Origin: Octopus sinensis
Taxonomy: Eukaryota
Reading direction: 5' to 3'
Assembly: GCF_006345805.1 (NCBI RefSeq)
Contig: NC_043024.1
Location: 9,548,001-9,612,000, forward strand
Length of the DNA stretch: 64,000 nucleotides
In this document: piece after piece, positions 51,668-64,000 of the stretch
How positions within the stretch are numbered: the first letter of the stretch is position 1
Layout of the letters: each line of letters starts with the position of its first letter
The notes under the pieces: generated by a model
Database searches by the model: none
Told to the model about the DNA's origin: nothing
The model's input: only the letters and a program-made list of their open reading frames with translations
Position numbers and translations under genes: made by a program

Positions 51668-52857
51668 GTAAAAATATATATATAAAAATCAAATGGAAAT
51701 TGTAGTTCAGATACCCATGCCGGTGACACATAAAAAGCACTGTCCAAACGTGGAAGATGCCAGTGCCGCCTGACTGGCATCCATGTTGGTGACACATAAA
51801 AGCACCAACTGATCGTGGCCGTTTGCCAGCCCCCTCTGGCCCCTGTACCAGTGGCACATAAAAAGCACCCACTACACTCATGGAGTGGTTGGCGTTAGGA
51901 AGGGCATCCAGCTGTAGAAACACTGCCAGATCAGACTGGAGCCTGGAGCAGCCTCCTGGCTTCCCATTCCCCGGTCGAACCTTCTAACCCATACTGGCAT
52001 GGAAAACAGACGTTAAATGATGATGATGATGAGGTGTAGGCGTGGCTGTGTTCAGTCCCACTGCATAGCATCTTGGGCAAGTGTCTTCTACTATAACCCC
52101 AGGCCGACCAAAACCTTGTGAGTGGATTTCGTTGACAGAAACTGAAAGAAGCCTGTCGTATGTATATATATCCAAATATATGGTACTGAAGTTAAAGGCA
52201 CCAGAATTTCATATGGTATTATCCATATAAATCAAATGGCGTGATAATCAAAACAAGCAACAAGGATATCCAAGGTAGTGTAGTACAATTGTTTCATGCT
52301 ACTTCATTTTATTAAACACTGTAAGTATTACATCAGTTTTAAAATGTCGAGCAATCTTCAGCCACATATAGAATTTTTTAATTAAAACAGACAATGCACA
52401 TTCGTGTCCATCCAATGAGAGATAAATGACAAATATTTAATATATGCAGTAAATATGAACTACTATGGGTTCTATGGTGTGAAGACACAACCAATCCTTC
52501 AAGCTGTTGTGTATTTGACTCTGAAGGATAGCTTGGAAGTATAAGGCATGCTCTATAAATCTGTCCGTTTATTCTGTTTATACAGTATGAAACTAATAAT
52601 AACTTACATTTAAGTATAGGCGCAGGAGTGGCTGTGTGGTAAGTAGCTTGTTTACCAACCACATGGTTCCAGGTTCAGTCTTCTACTATAGCCTCGGGCC
52701 GACCAAAGCCTTGTGAGTGGATTTGGTAGATGGAAACTGAAAGAAGCCCGTCGTATAATATATATATATATATATATATGCATGTGTGTGTTTGTGTGTC
52801 TGTGTCCCCCACAACATCACTTGACAACCGATGCTGGTGTGTTTATGTCCCTGTTAC

Positions 52858-53320
52858 TTAGCGGTTCGGCAAAAGAGACCGATAGTGGGCTTACAAAAGA
52901 ATAAGTCCCGAGGTCGAGTTGCTCGATTAAAGGCAGTGCTCCTGCATGGCCGCAGTCAAATGACTGAAACGAATAAAAGAGTATATATTCTTTTATTCCG
53001 TTTTACTTAGCGGTTCGGCAAAAGAGACCGATAGAATAAGTACTGGGCTTACAAAAGAATAAGTCCCGGGGTCGAGTTGCTCGATTAAAGGCGGTGCTCC
53101 AGCATGGCCGCACTCAAATGACTGAAACGAGTAAAAGAGTATATATTCTTTTATTCCGTTTTACTTAGCGGTTCGGCAAAAGAGACCGATAGAATAAGTA
53201 CTGGGCTTACAAAAGAATAAGTCCCAGGGTCGAGTTGCTTGATTAAAGGCGGTGCTCCAGCATGGCCGCAGTCAAATGACTGAAACAAGTAAAAGAGTAT
53301 ATATTCTTTTATTCTGTTTT
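52858..53320 (+). repeat. triplicated 3' half of a family A SINE (158-bp unit)
   Basis: TTAGCGGTTCGGC starts at 52858, 53007, 53165, each ending with the same non-SINE flank GTATATATTCTTTTATTC. Confidence 0.9.
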
Positions 53321-54584
53321 ACTTCATTTCATTCTCAAGGGGACAACTGCCTATTCCCTGCCCCCTTTCAGTTTTATTGAAAGACTGAAGGGGGAAGAAC
53401 CATGTTGTGTGTGTGTATGTGTGTTTCAACAGCCTTTCTATGTGTCCCCTTTTAAACCCCCAAACCCCCTTTCCTTTAACAACAGCTCATTGCTCCCTGC
53501 AGTCACACTTGATTTCCTTTATCCAGTCTAGATCTGACCCCCACTGCACCCCCTCCACATATGTGAGAAGATGGAGTTTTTTTTTCCCTTTCTCTCAGAC
53601 CCTTGTGAGAAACCCCCTCTACATCTTTTATCTGTTGTCTTTTACTTGTTTCAGTCATTGGACTAAGGCCATACTGGAGCACTGCTTTGAAAGGTTTTAA
53701 TCGAACCTCCAGGACTTATTTTTGATTTTTTTTTCTCTTTATATCTGGTTCCCATTCTGTCAGTCACTATTGCTGAGCTGCTAAGTTACAGGGACATAAG
53801 CAAATCAACACTGGTTGTCAAGCAGTGGTAACGTGAAGGCACGTGGCCTAGTAGTTAGAGCAGCGGACTCGCGGTCGAGGGATCGTGGGTTCAAATCTCA
53901 GACCGGGCGATGTGTGTGTGTGTTTATGAGCGAAACACCTAAGCACCACGCGGCTCCGGCAGAAGGTAATGGCAAACTTCTGCTGACTCTTTTGCCACAA
54001 CTTTCTCTCACTCTTTCCTCCTGCATCTTGCAGTTCACCTGCGACGGACCAGCGTCCCGTCCAGGTGGGGGAACCTATACGCCAAGGAGACCGGGAAACC
54101 GGCCCTTATGAGCCGGGCATGGCTCAAGAAGGAACAAACAAACAACAAGCAGTGGTGGCCGGGTGGCAAACACACACACACACACTTATCTGGTGGGCTT
54201 CCACACAGTTTCCATTTACCAGATTTGCTCACAAGGCATTGGTCAGCCCAGAACTGCTGAGGGTATCATGCAGTGAGATTGAACTCCGAACCACATGGTT
54301 GCAAAATGAACTTCTTAACCCCTGCAACCATGCCTACCCCTTCATGGTTATAAATCTGCTAAAAATAAAAGTACACTGGATAATGTAGTTCTAGACAGTT
54401 AACGTGGGGTGGCCATGGCTAGAATGCCTTTGATCATAAGAATGTTGAACCATAGTTGTCCTAGGTCTTCCACTGCCGATCCTTACTCTCAACTTTCCCA
54501 CTTGGGTTCCTAATACCCTGTATGTTACCTGTCTTTGCTTCGTCACCTTTTTCTTCAGATGCTTGCCCTTGCTCTGTCCCTGTC

Positions 54585-54870
54585 TGCCTATCTCTCCTCT
54601 CTGTCTGTCTGTCTCTCTCTCTCTCTCCAGCCTCCTCCGATCACACATCTAATCATCATCTACCCTAGATTTCAAGCTATATATATAAGGCTTATATATC
54701 CTCTTATACACACATATATACATTACATCTTCCTCTCTCCCCTCTGTCTGTCTGTCTCTCTCTCTCTCTCTCCAGCCTCCTTCGATCACACACCTAGTCA
54801 CCACCTACCCTAGATTCAAGCTATATATATATCCCCTTATATATCCCCTCATACACACATATACATTATA
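54585..54870. repeat. ~145-bp tandem duplication
   Basis: CTCTGTCTGTCTGTCTCTC..CCAGCCTCC..GATCACAC..CCCTAGA..CAAGCTATATATAT..TACATT present twice. Confidence 0.8.
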
Positions 54871-57800
54871 TACATATATTTTATGTATACATTATAAATA
54901 TAATATATACCTGCATGTGTGCATATTAATGTGTTTGTGTGTGTATAAATATAAACACATGTTTATACAACTTTACATATTTATACAAATATTTATATGT
55001 ATATTATATAACGTGTGTATATCTCCCTTTTCAATGTAATTTATGTAACACACCCATACAAACCTTTCCATATATGACCCCTTCCAAAACTGCCTCTTCC
55101 CACTGCTCTAGAATTGGACCTTGTCCTGGGGGTGGGTGGGGAGAAGTGCCTTGTACCATAGGAAAGCATGTGCCCTTATAAGGCCTAAATCTCCACCCTC
55201 ACAGTATTCACCACAAGCTGAATGGGGGTATGGGGCTTGGGGGATCTGGGTACCTTCTGTTCTTCCTGTATCCTAATCTTTTTCTCTCCCTTTTTCTTTC
55301 CTTCGCTCTGTGGTGAAACAGTCGACTCATTGCGGTCCCTTCCCTCATTCATCCTTGCTAAATTTATTTCGCCTTCACTTATCAATTCCTCACTCTCCCC
55401 CCCATCTCACTCTCACTCTCTATATGTCCCCTCTTCCCCCAGCAGCTACAGCCCCCCCCCTTCCTATAGGGATTTGCATTCCTTGTTGTTAAGGGGGAGA
55501 TAGGAGTCAGTACTTGATTGCTTTTTGTGGATGTGTGTTTGTGTTTGAGTGAGTGCCTTTCTTTGTTTGTAAATAGAGTAGGCATAGAAGTGGCTGTGTG
55601 GTAAGTAGCTTGCTTACGAACCACATGGTTCCGAGTTCAGTCCCACTGCATAGCACCTTGGGCAAATGTCTTCTGCTATAGCCTCAGGTTGGTCAAAGCT
55701 TTGTGAGATAAAAAAAAAACAAAGAAGCATGTTGTGTGTGTGTGTGTATATTTGTTCCCTACCATTGCTTGATAACCAGTGTTGGTTTGTTTATACCCCT
55801 CAACTTAGTAGTCAAGCAAAAGACACAGAAATCCCAGGTTTAAACAAAAAAAACAAGTACTAGTTTGATGAAAGTCTTCAAGGCAGTGCTCCTGCATGGC
55901 CACAGACTGAAACATGTAAAAGGCAAAAGATACACGCACAGGAGTGGCTGTGTGGTAAGTAGCTTGCTTACGAACCACATGGTTCCGAGTTCAGTCCCAC
56001 TGTGTGGCATCTTGGGCAAATGTCTTCTGCTATAGCCCCGGGCCGACCAATGCCTTGTGAGTGGATTTGGTAGACGGAAACTGAAAGAAGCCTGTCGTAT
56101 ATATGTATATATATATATATATGTATTTGCGTGTCTGTGTTTGTCCCCCTAGCATTGCTTGACAACCGATGCTGGTGTGTTTACGTCCCCGTAACTTAGC
56201 GGTTTGGCAAAAAAGAGACCGATAGAAGTACTGGGCTTACAAAGAATAAGTCCCGGGGTAGATTTGCTCGACTACAGGCGGTGCTCCAGCATGGCCACAG
56301 TCACATGACTGAAACAAATGAAAGAGTGAAAGAGAGTTTGTGTGTGTGTGGATGTTGCATAAATCGAATGGTTAAGCAGTTTAATTTGCTATCATTGGGT
56401 GTTGAGTTCAATCCTACTCTACTGGACCCTTGAACCTTGGGCCATATGTGCCTTTTATCATAGCCTTTTTATGCATAAACATACACACACACACACACAC
56501 ACACGAATGTGAGTCGGCTAAGAGACCATAAGTCAGTGGGTATAGGCGCAGGAGTGGCTGTGTGGTAAGTAGCTTGCTAACCAACCACATGGTTCCAGGT
56601 TCAGTCCCACTGCGTGGCATCTTGGGCAAGTGTCTTCTCCCATAGCCCCGGGCTGACCAATGCCTTGTGAGTGGATTTGGTAGACGGAAACTGAATGAAG
56701 CCTGTCGTATATATGTATATATATATATATATGTGTGTGTCTGTGTTTGTCCCCCTAGCATTGCTTGGTGTGTTTACTTTCCCGTCACTTAGCGGTTCGG
56801 CAAAAAGAGACCGATAGAATAAGTACTGGGCTTACAAAGAAAAGTCCCGGGGTTGATTTGCTCGACTAAAGGCGGTGCTCCAGCATGGCCGCAGTCAAAT
56901 GACTGAAACAAGTAAAATAGTAAAAGAGAGAGAGATATTGTCTGAAATGTAGAGTATTAAATATCCGTCATAAGTATTAAATATCCCTCAGCCAAAGGCA
57001 CCCTGCCAAAGGGCCCAGGTCGTCCTGAGCTAGACAGTTTCTTTTTTCATTCATTTCCTTTGCTGTTGAATTGTTCAGTCCCTCTGTTGACTGTGGTAAG
57101 AAGAATCCCATGGTTTCGTGCAGCCAGGCTAAGTCCGCTCTCAGATTCACCCACAATACACCCTCTCTTTGGTAAGCAGACACCACTTTGTGGAGGGATG
57201 TAATTCTGGCCAAGATCATTTTCTAATTAAGCCATTCAAAAAAAATTTTTTTTATCCTACACACACATACAGTTTGTTATGGCAAATTTTCTATTGCTGG
57301 GTGTCCTTCATTCTGACAACCCTCCCCCATTTCCAACACATGTTCTTTTTACAGAAGATTGTCCCACCCATGCTAGCATGGAAGGTGAACGTTAAGTTAA
57401 GTTAATTTTTTGGCTCAAAAAGCAAAAAGCAAGGCCATGTAGGGGGACATGGAGTTATGTACAGGGAGCGTGTTCATGCAAAGAGTTTAGGCCATTTCTG
57501 GTCAAGAGAGACTTTGAACTGAGCGATCGTCGGCATCTTCGCTATCTCGTCCGGCAGCTTATTCCACGGATCCGCAACCCGGACGGAGAAAGCCCCTCTC
57601 CTTCGATTGAGATGAAATTGTTGCAGACAGAGCTTTTCGGAGTGACCCCCACAGCCGACGCTCTGGAGCAGGAGTGAAGAACAGCTCTTTCGAGAAGTTA
57701 CATTTCCGCTTATGATGTTGTGAGCAAGAATGAGATCACCACGGCATTGTCGTTTTTCTAGAGAATAAAGGTCGTTAAACGATAATGGTGATGATTGCCA

Positions 57801-58980
57801 ACGAAGGTCACCCCTTGCATGGCAGTAACACTCTTTTACAACAGTCTCATGAAGTCAAAGCAAAGCATGCTAATTTATGTTCAAAACTCCAGCTTAATAA
57901 TGACAATTGAAATTGAATTTGAAATCGAACCAAATTCGACAACTGGCACCTATACCAGCCTCCCTTCATTGGACACTAAACTCTGCTTGCGAAGACCTGT
58001 TGGGGCAAGTGAAATCGAAATTGAACCAAATTCGATGACTGGCACCTGTGCCAGTGGAGCGCTAACAGCTCCATCTGAGCGGGATCACTGCCAAAGCAGC
58101 TGTCTGGCTTCCATGTCAGTGGGTACATAAAAAGCACCATTTGAGCATGATCGTTACCAGCGTCGCCTTACTGGCACTTGAACAAAACTTTCGAGCGAGG
58201 TCGTTGCCAGTGCCATGGACTGACTCCTGTGCAGGTGGCACATAAAAAACACCATTTCGATCATGGCAGTTGCCAGTACCGCCAGATTGGCCCTCGTGCC
58301 GGTGGCACATAAAAGCACCCACTACGCTCTCGGAGTGGTTGGCGTTAGAAAGGGCATCCAGCTGTAGAAACTCAGATCAGATTGGAGCCTGGTGCAGCCA
58401 TCTGGTTCGCCAGTCCTCAGTCAAATCGTCCAACCCATGCTAGCATGGAAAGCAGATGTTAAACGATGATGATGATGATATATACTCTTTTACTTGTTTC
58501 AGTCATTTGACTGTGGCCATGATGGAGCACCGCCTTTACTTTTATATATATATATTTACTACACTCTTGGAGTGGTTGGTGTTAGGAAGGACATCCAGCT
58601 GTAGAAACTCTTCCCAGATCAGATTGGAGCCTGGTGCAGCCATCTGGTTCGCCAGTCCTCAGTCAAATCGTCCAACCCATGCTAGCATGGAAAGCGGACG
58701 TTAAACGATGATGATGATGATGTGTCTTACTAAATTCTTCGTTAATTTCATAATTACTTGAAACAGAGGCAGTGTATTACAACAGAAATATCCTCGTCAT
58801 ATGTTATAGCTTCCATATCTTTGATCTTAAAATTACTGGCCTTGTATCAGAATTTGAAACCCTCACTACTACAAGTGGGCATGGTTGGCATCATCATTTA
58901 GATGTATTTTTTTTTAGTTTATCTTTATTTCTTGATTGTGTAATTGTTAATTATTTTATTTATTTTTTTTTTGCCACCAG

Positions 58981-59252
58981 ATGAAATCATCAAATTGAAC
59001 GGAGTATCGAAGAGGGGACAGGGTGGCCGAGGAAACCGAGGGAGGGGCAGCTATGGCCGAGGCCGCAGGTTTCGGGGTAGAGGCCAAGCGAACACAACGA
59101 CCGGTACACCAAGTACGGGCACCAGCCTTAAAACGAGGGGCAGACGCAGTAGAGTTTGGTCGCGGAGGACCACAGGCAGGAGTACTCAGTCCCTCAGTCA
59201 ACAGAGTTTGACTCCATCACAGAAAACGGCTACGAATAGCACAAACACCTCA
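58981..59252 (+). CDS. UIF/ALYREF-like gene exon 2 (end of UBM, RG-rich region)
   Basis: Acceptor (T)nGCCACCAG; (D)EIIKLNGVSKRGQGGRGNRGRGSYGRGRRFRGRG..; phase-0 donor TCA|GTAAGT. Confidence 0.9.
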
Positions 59253-60217
59253 GTAAGTATTAAAACTAAACAGAAATTTACATTTGCCAGACTAATTAAC
59301 TTTGTAATTATTAGCTCCTGGAGGTGCATGTAGTTGGAGCTGTGTGCTTAAGAGGCATGCGTCTCAACCATGGGGCCTTAGGTTCAATCCTCAAAAGATT
59401 TGAAGGGCATCAAGCTGAAACAGACAGCAGGGATTGATGCAGTCTTCTGACCTGCCTGTTTCTGTGGAACTGTCCAACCTATGCCAGCAGGGAAAATGGA
59501 TATTAAATCTATCAAATTATGATGATGATGATGATGATTTTGCCCTAAGCAAAAACAAAAGTAAGTCACAAATAGCTGTACATATCAAAAGATTTATATC
59601 AAATATTTTAATTCTGATTAAATTAAAATGTCGTTAACATACTTGCTTGTTAAATTTCTTCCAACTATTTCTTTGAGATTTGAGATTAGTTATCTTAAAA
59701 TGTAGTTCTGATGCTGTGAATGAAAACTTCTCTTTACTCTTATACTTGTTTCAGTCATGTGACTGTGGCCATGCTGGAGCACCACCTTTAGTCGAGCAAA
59801 TCGACCCCAGGACTTATTCTTTGGAATCCTAGTACTTATTCTATATATTCCCTTTTGCCGAACCGCTAAGTGATGTAAATAAAGATTGAATAGACATTCC
59901 TAGAATTAGAACCTGGATCCATCTAATCTGTAACAAATGGACAGTTAAAATTGAATTAAATTTAAAAATCTAAAATTTTAATTGGTATCTTAGCATATTT
60001 GGCCAAAATATTCTGTTTTATGTTCAAACTGGCCAGATCCTGCCTCTCACACCTACTTGACAATGTCTTTCTAAAAATAGACAATCTCATCATCAGAATC
60101 TCAAAGCTACAAGATAATGCCTGATTAATTTAAATCAGTGTGAATAAAATAAATATTGCATTTGACGGTCATCTGGATACTTAGGGAATTGAATCTTTTT
60201 GTTTTCCTTTCTTCCAG

Positions 60218-60658
60218 CAAAAATCACAGCCAAAGAAGTTTTCACAGAAAAGCTCAGTTCAAAATCGGACGACATCGAGAAACTTGCCCTTCACACGTGG
60301 CCGCAGGGGCACGAGAGTGTTCCGCGGGACCCGGCAGGACGCCAGCCGGGGCGGAACCAGTGCAGTGAGCCGGTTACAGAGAGGTGGTAGCCAGAGGGGT
60401 AGGAGTGGAGCAGCGGTGAACAGGCTCCAGCGGGGCAGCAGCAGCAGAGGCGGCAGCAGCAGAGGTGGCAGCAGCGGGATGCAGCGGACCGGCAGCAGCG
60501 GGATACAGCGGACCGGCAGCAGGGTCGGCGGCGGAAGCGGTTTTCAGCAGATCCAGAAACAAGCTATTCAAGCTTTGTGGAAGGCAAAGAGTACCTTGTC
60601 GAAAATCAACGCTCAGGTGATGCGTAACAACATCGTCGCAACTAAACGAGGACTACCG
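60218..60658 (+). CDS. UIF/ALYREF-like gene exon 3 (R/G/S-rich repeats, predicted helix QQIQKQAIQALWKAKSTLSKINAQ)
   Basis: Acceptor TTTCTTCCAG, 147 open codons in phase 0, donor CCG|GTAAGT. Confidence 0.85.
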
Positions 60659-61734
60659 GTAAGTGTAATACATGTGTGTGTTTGTGTGTGTGTCTGTGTG
60701 TGTAGTACCTTACTCTATTGATGTGTATATGTATGAGAATCATGAGGTGTTGTCTGTTCCTTCTCGAGCCATACCTGGCCTTGAGTGTATAGTAGAATGA
60801 ATTATTGTAAGCCTCGCCTGGCCTCCGTGCTGGTGGCACGTAAAAAACACCATCCGAGCGTGGCCGTTCGCCAGCCTCGTCTGGCACCTGTGTCAGTAGC
60901 ACGTAAAGAGCACCCACTACACTCTCGGAGTGGTTGGCGTTAGGAAGGGCATCCAGCTGTAGAAACACTGCCAGATCAGACTGGAGCCTGGTGCAGCCTC
61001 CTGGCTTGCCAGACCCCGGTCGAACCGTCCAACCCATGCTAGCATGGAAAGCGGACGTTAAACGATGATGATGATGATGATGATGATGAAGGTGGTGAGC
61101 TGGCCGACCTGTTGGTGCGTCGCACAAAATGTTTAGCGCCATTTCTGCCGGCTTTACGTCCTGAGTTCAAATCCCACCGACTTCAGTTCTGCCTTTCATC
61201 CACTCGGGGGTCAATGAAATAAGTACTAATTTTTACTGTTTTACTCTTTTACTTGTTTCAGTCCCAGGGTCGATTTGCTCAACTAAAGGCGGTGCTCCAG
61301 CATGGCCGCAGTCAAATGACTGAAACAAGTAAAAGAGTAAAGAGTATATGGCAATAGATTGGGAGAATTAATAGACTACAAACAAAATGCTTGGCAGCTT
61401 TTCTTCCAGCTCTTTACGTTCTGAGTTCAAATCCTACTGAGGTCAGCTTTGCCCTTCATCCTTTGAGGATCAATAAAATAAGTACCAGTCAAATACCAGG
61501 GTCAATGTAATTGACTAACCCCATTTCCCCCAAATTTCAGGTCTTGTGCCTATAGTAGAAAGACCCATTATTATTGACTCCAAATTTTGACACAAGGCCA
61601 GCAATTTCAGAGGCAGTGGGGTATGTTGATTACAGTGACCCCAGTACTCTACTGGTACTTATCTTATCGACCCCCATAAGGATGAAAGGCAATTCAGTGT
61701 GTAAAGACAGTTAAAGGGCTGCCGAGCATTTTTC

Positions 61735-62745
61735 CTGGTGTTCAAGCATTTGTCTTATGAAGAAAGGCTGAGGACGCTCAACCTTTTTTCTCTAGAAAAA
61801 CGACGACGCCGTGGTGATCTCATTCTTGCTCACAACATCATAAGCGGAAAGTGTAACCTCTCGAAAGAACCGTTCTTCACTCCTGCTCTAGAGTGTGGGC
61901 TGCGGGGTCACACCGATAAGCTCTATCTATGACGATTTCATCTCAATTGAAGGCGAGGGGCTTTCTACGTCCGGGTTGCGGATCCGTGGAATAAGCTGCC
62001 GGATGAGATAGTGAAGATGCCGACGACCGCTCGGTTCAAAGTCTCTCTTGACCAGAAATGGCCTGAACTCTTTGTATGACCACTTTCCCCATACATAACT
62101 CCCTGTTCCCCTACATGGCCTCACAACATCCTAAGCGGAAAGTATAACCTCTCGAAAGAGCTGTTCTTCACTCCTGCTCCAGAGCGTGGGCTGCGGGGTC
62201 ACTCCGATAAGCTCTATCTACGACGATTTCATCTGAATCGAAGGAGAGGGGCTTTCTCCCTCCGGGTCGCGGATCCATGGAATAGGCTACCGGACGAGAT
62301 GGTGAAGATGCCGACGACCGCTCGGTTCAAAGTCTCTCTTGACCAGAAATGGCTTGAACTCTTTGTATGACCACCTTCCCCGTACATAACTCCCTGTCCC
62401 CTGACATGGCCCCACAACATCCTAAGCAGAAAGTATAACCTCTCGAAAGAGCTGTTCTTCACTCCTGCTCCAGAGCATCAGCTGCGGAGTCACTCTGAAA
62501 AGTTCTATCTCTGACGACTTCATCTCAATCGAAGGAGAGGGGCTTTCTCTGTCCGGGTCGCGGATCCGTGGAATAAGCTGCCGGACGAGATAGTGAAGAT
62601 GCCAACGACCACTCGGTTCAAAGTCTCTCTTGACCAGAAATGGCCTGAACTCTTTGCATGAACATCACCCTGTACATAACTCCATGTCCCCCTTACATGG
62701 CCTTGCTTTTTGCTTTTTGAGCCAATAAAAACTGAATTGAATTGA
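61735..62745 (+). mobile_element. CR1-like 3' end amplified as a tandem array (~291-bp unit x3)
   Basis: CACAACATC(A/C)TAAG at about 61831, 62122, 62414; only the last unit carries the terminal 3' UTR and (GAATT)n tail. Confidence 0.9.
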
Positions 62746-62823
62746 ATTGAAATGATTCTACCATCTCTCTGCTTTAAAACTTGTTATTAATTATTTATGT
62801 TTTTCCTTTTTCAATCACACCAG

Positions 62824-63071
62824 CCATCGTCGGGGGTGAATTCCAGACGCCTTATCAACAACACATCCTGGAAGTCGCAACAACAAATGCGAAACCGAAG
62901 AAGAAATTTTGCTAGCAACCGTGATTTCTCGAATCCGTCACTGTCAAAACGCAACCTTAACAACAGCACTTTGTCGTTGAAGTCAAAAAGTAGCCAGTTG
63001 TCATTGACGACCCGTCATTCTAACAGTTCGTTATCGTTAAACAGTCAAGGAAGAATGAAGCAACGTCGACC
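62824..63071 (+). CDS. UIF/ALYREF-like gene exon 4 (S/N/R-rich); gene continues beyond the window
   Basis: Acceptor TTTTTCAATCACACCAG, open frame PSSGVNSRRL..GRMKQRR, phase-2 donor CC|GTGAGT. Confidence 0.78.
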
Positions 63072-64000
63072 GTGAGTATGGTTGTTTGTTGTTTTTTTTT
63101 TTTGTTTTTTTGTCTTTTACTTGTTTCAGCCATTGGACTGTGGCCATGCTGGGGCACTACCTTGAAGCGTTTTAGATGAACATATCAACCCCAGTAATTA
63201 TTTTTAAGCCTAGTTAACTTTGCTAAAGCACTGAGTTTTGGGAATGAAAACAAACCAACACTGGTTCTCAAACAGCAGTAGAGGATGAACACAAATATAA
63301 GTTGGTTATATCGACCCCAGTGCGTAACTGGAACTTAATTTATCGACCTTGAAAGGATGAAAGGCAAAGTCGACCTCGGCGGAATTTGAACTCAGAACGT
63401 AATGCCAGACGAAATACGGCTACGCTTTTCGCCCGGCATGCTAACGTTTCTGCCAGCTCGCCACTTAGAACCATAGTGGAAGACACTGACCCAAAGTACC
63501 ACACAGTGGGATTGAACCTGGAACCATGTGGCATTTGGTTGGCAAGCAAACTTAAGACGGTGTCCTAATATGGCTACACAACAATAACCGAAGCTAAACA
63601 AAGAACCAATAGATGATGTTAACGATGTGTTCTAATCATCATCATCATCATTGTTTAACGTCTGTTTTCCATGCTAGCAGTCTGATCTGGCAATGTTTCT
63701 ACGGCTGGATGCCCTTCCTAACGCCAACCACTATGAGAGTGTAGTGGGTGATTTTTATGTGCCACCTGCACAGGTGCCAGACGAGGCCGGCAAACGGCCA
63801 CGATCGGATGGTGCTTTTTACGTGCCACCAGCACGGGGGCCAGACGAGGCTAGCAAACGGCCACGATCGGATGGTGCTTTTTACATGCCACCGGCACGGG
63901 GGCCAGACGAGGCTAGCAAACGGCCACGATCGGATGGTGCTTTTTACATGCCACCTGCACAGGTGCCAGACGAGGCTGGCAAATGGCCACGATCGGATGG

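Noticed and set aside
52265-52365. GAAACAATTGTA half-site and a nearby CTGAAGA on the minus strand
   Set aside because: The pieces are not in a closable topology; no stem I or stem II.
38775-64000. CRISPR-like look of the ~57-bp unit arrays (38.8, 47.4, 58.1, 63.7 kb) and the 26.4-kb array
   Set aside because: The apparent spacers are homologous to each other or are (TA)n; eukaryotic context, no cas genes; the ~57-bp arrays are bodies of an RTE-tail repeat.

Overview
Eukaryotic, AT-rich, repeat-dense genomic window. The SINE/LINE families look like those of octopus (coleoid cephalopod); this is pattern recognition, not a database result. Two spliced + strand genes are supported. (1) A SNAP47-like Qbc-SNARE, with coding exons 21602-22573 and 24852-25126 and a one-base frameshift near 21724-21751. 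(2) A UAP56-binding-motif, RG-rich protein of the ALYREF/FYTTD1(UIF) type, with exons 45178-45205, 58981-59252, 60218-60658 and 62824-63071, continuing past the window. A weak candidate first exon of a minus-strand gene lies at 5108-5167. The rest is microsatellites, tRNA-derived SINEs, RTE and CR1-like LINE fragments, a mariner remnant, a non-autonomous Helitron, MITE/foldback elements and element-derived tandem arrays. Almost all ORFs in the supplied track are microsatellite or SINE artefacts. The most notable signal is outside any ORF: four sequence-unrelated minimal type I hammerhead ribozyme motifs (6921-6965 +, 10672-10734 -, 16414-16464 -, degenerate 36046-36090 -) plus one partial (40851-40885 -). 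The four complete ones have (near-)palindromic stem III, and several sit in (TA)n tracts or tandem/inverted repeats typical of Penelope-like elements or retrozymes. The RTE LINEs carry a PHD-type C4HC3 finger inserted inside the reverse transcriptase. Intron 1 of the UIF-like gene holds a hairpin-bearing ~340-bp array with a distant inverted copy.
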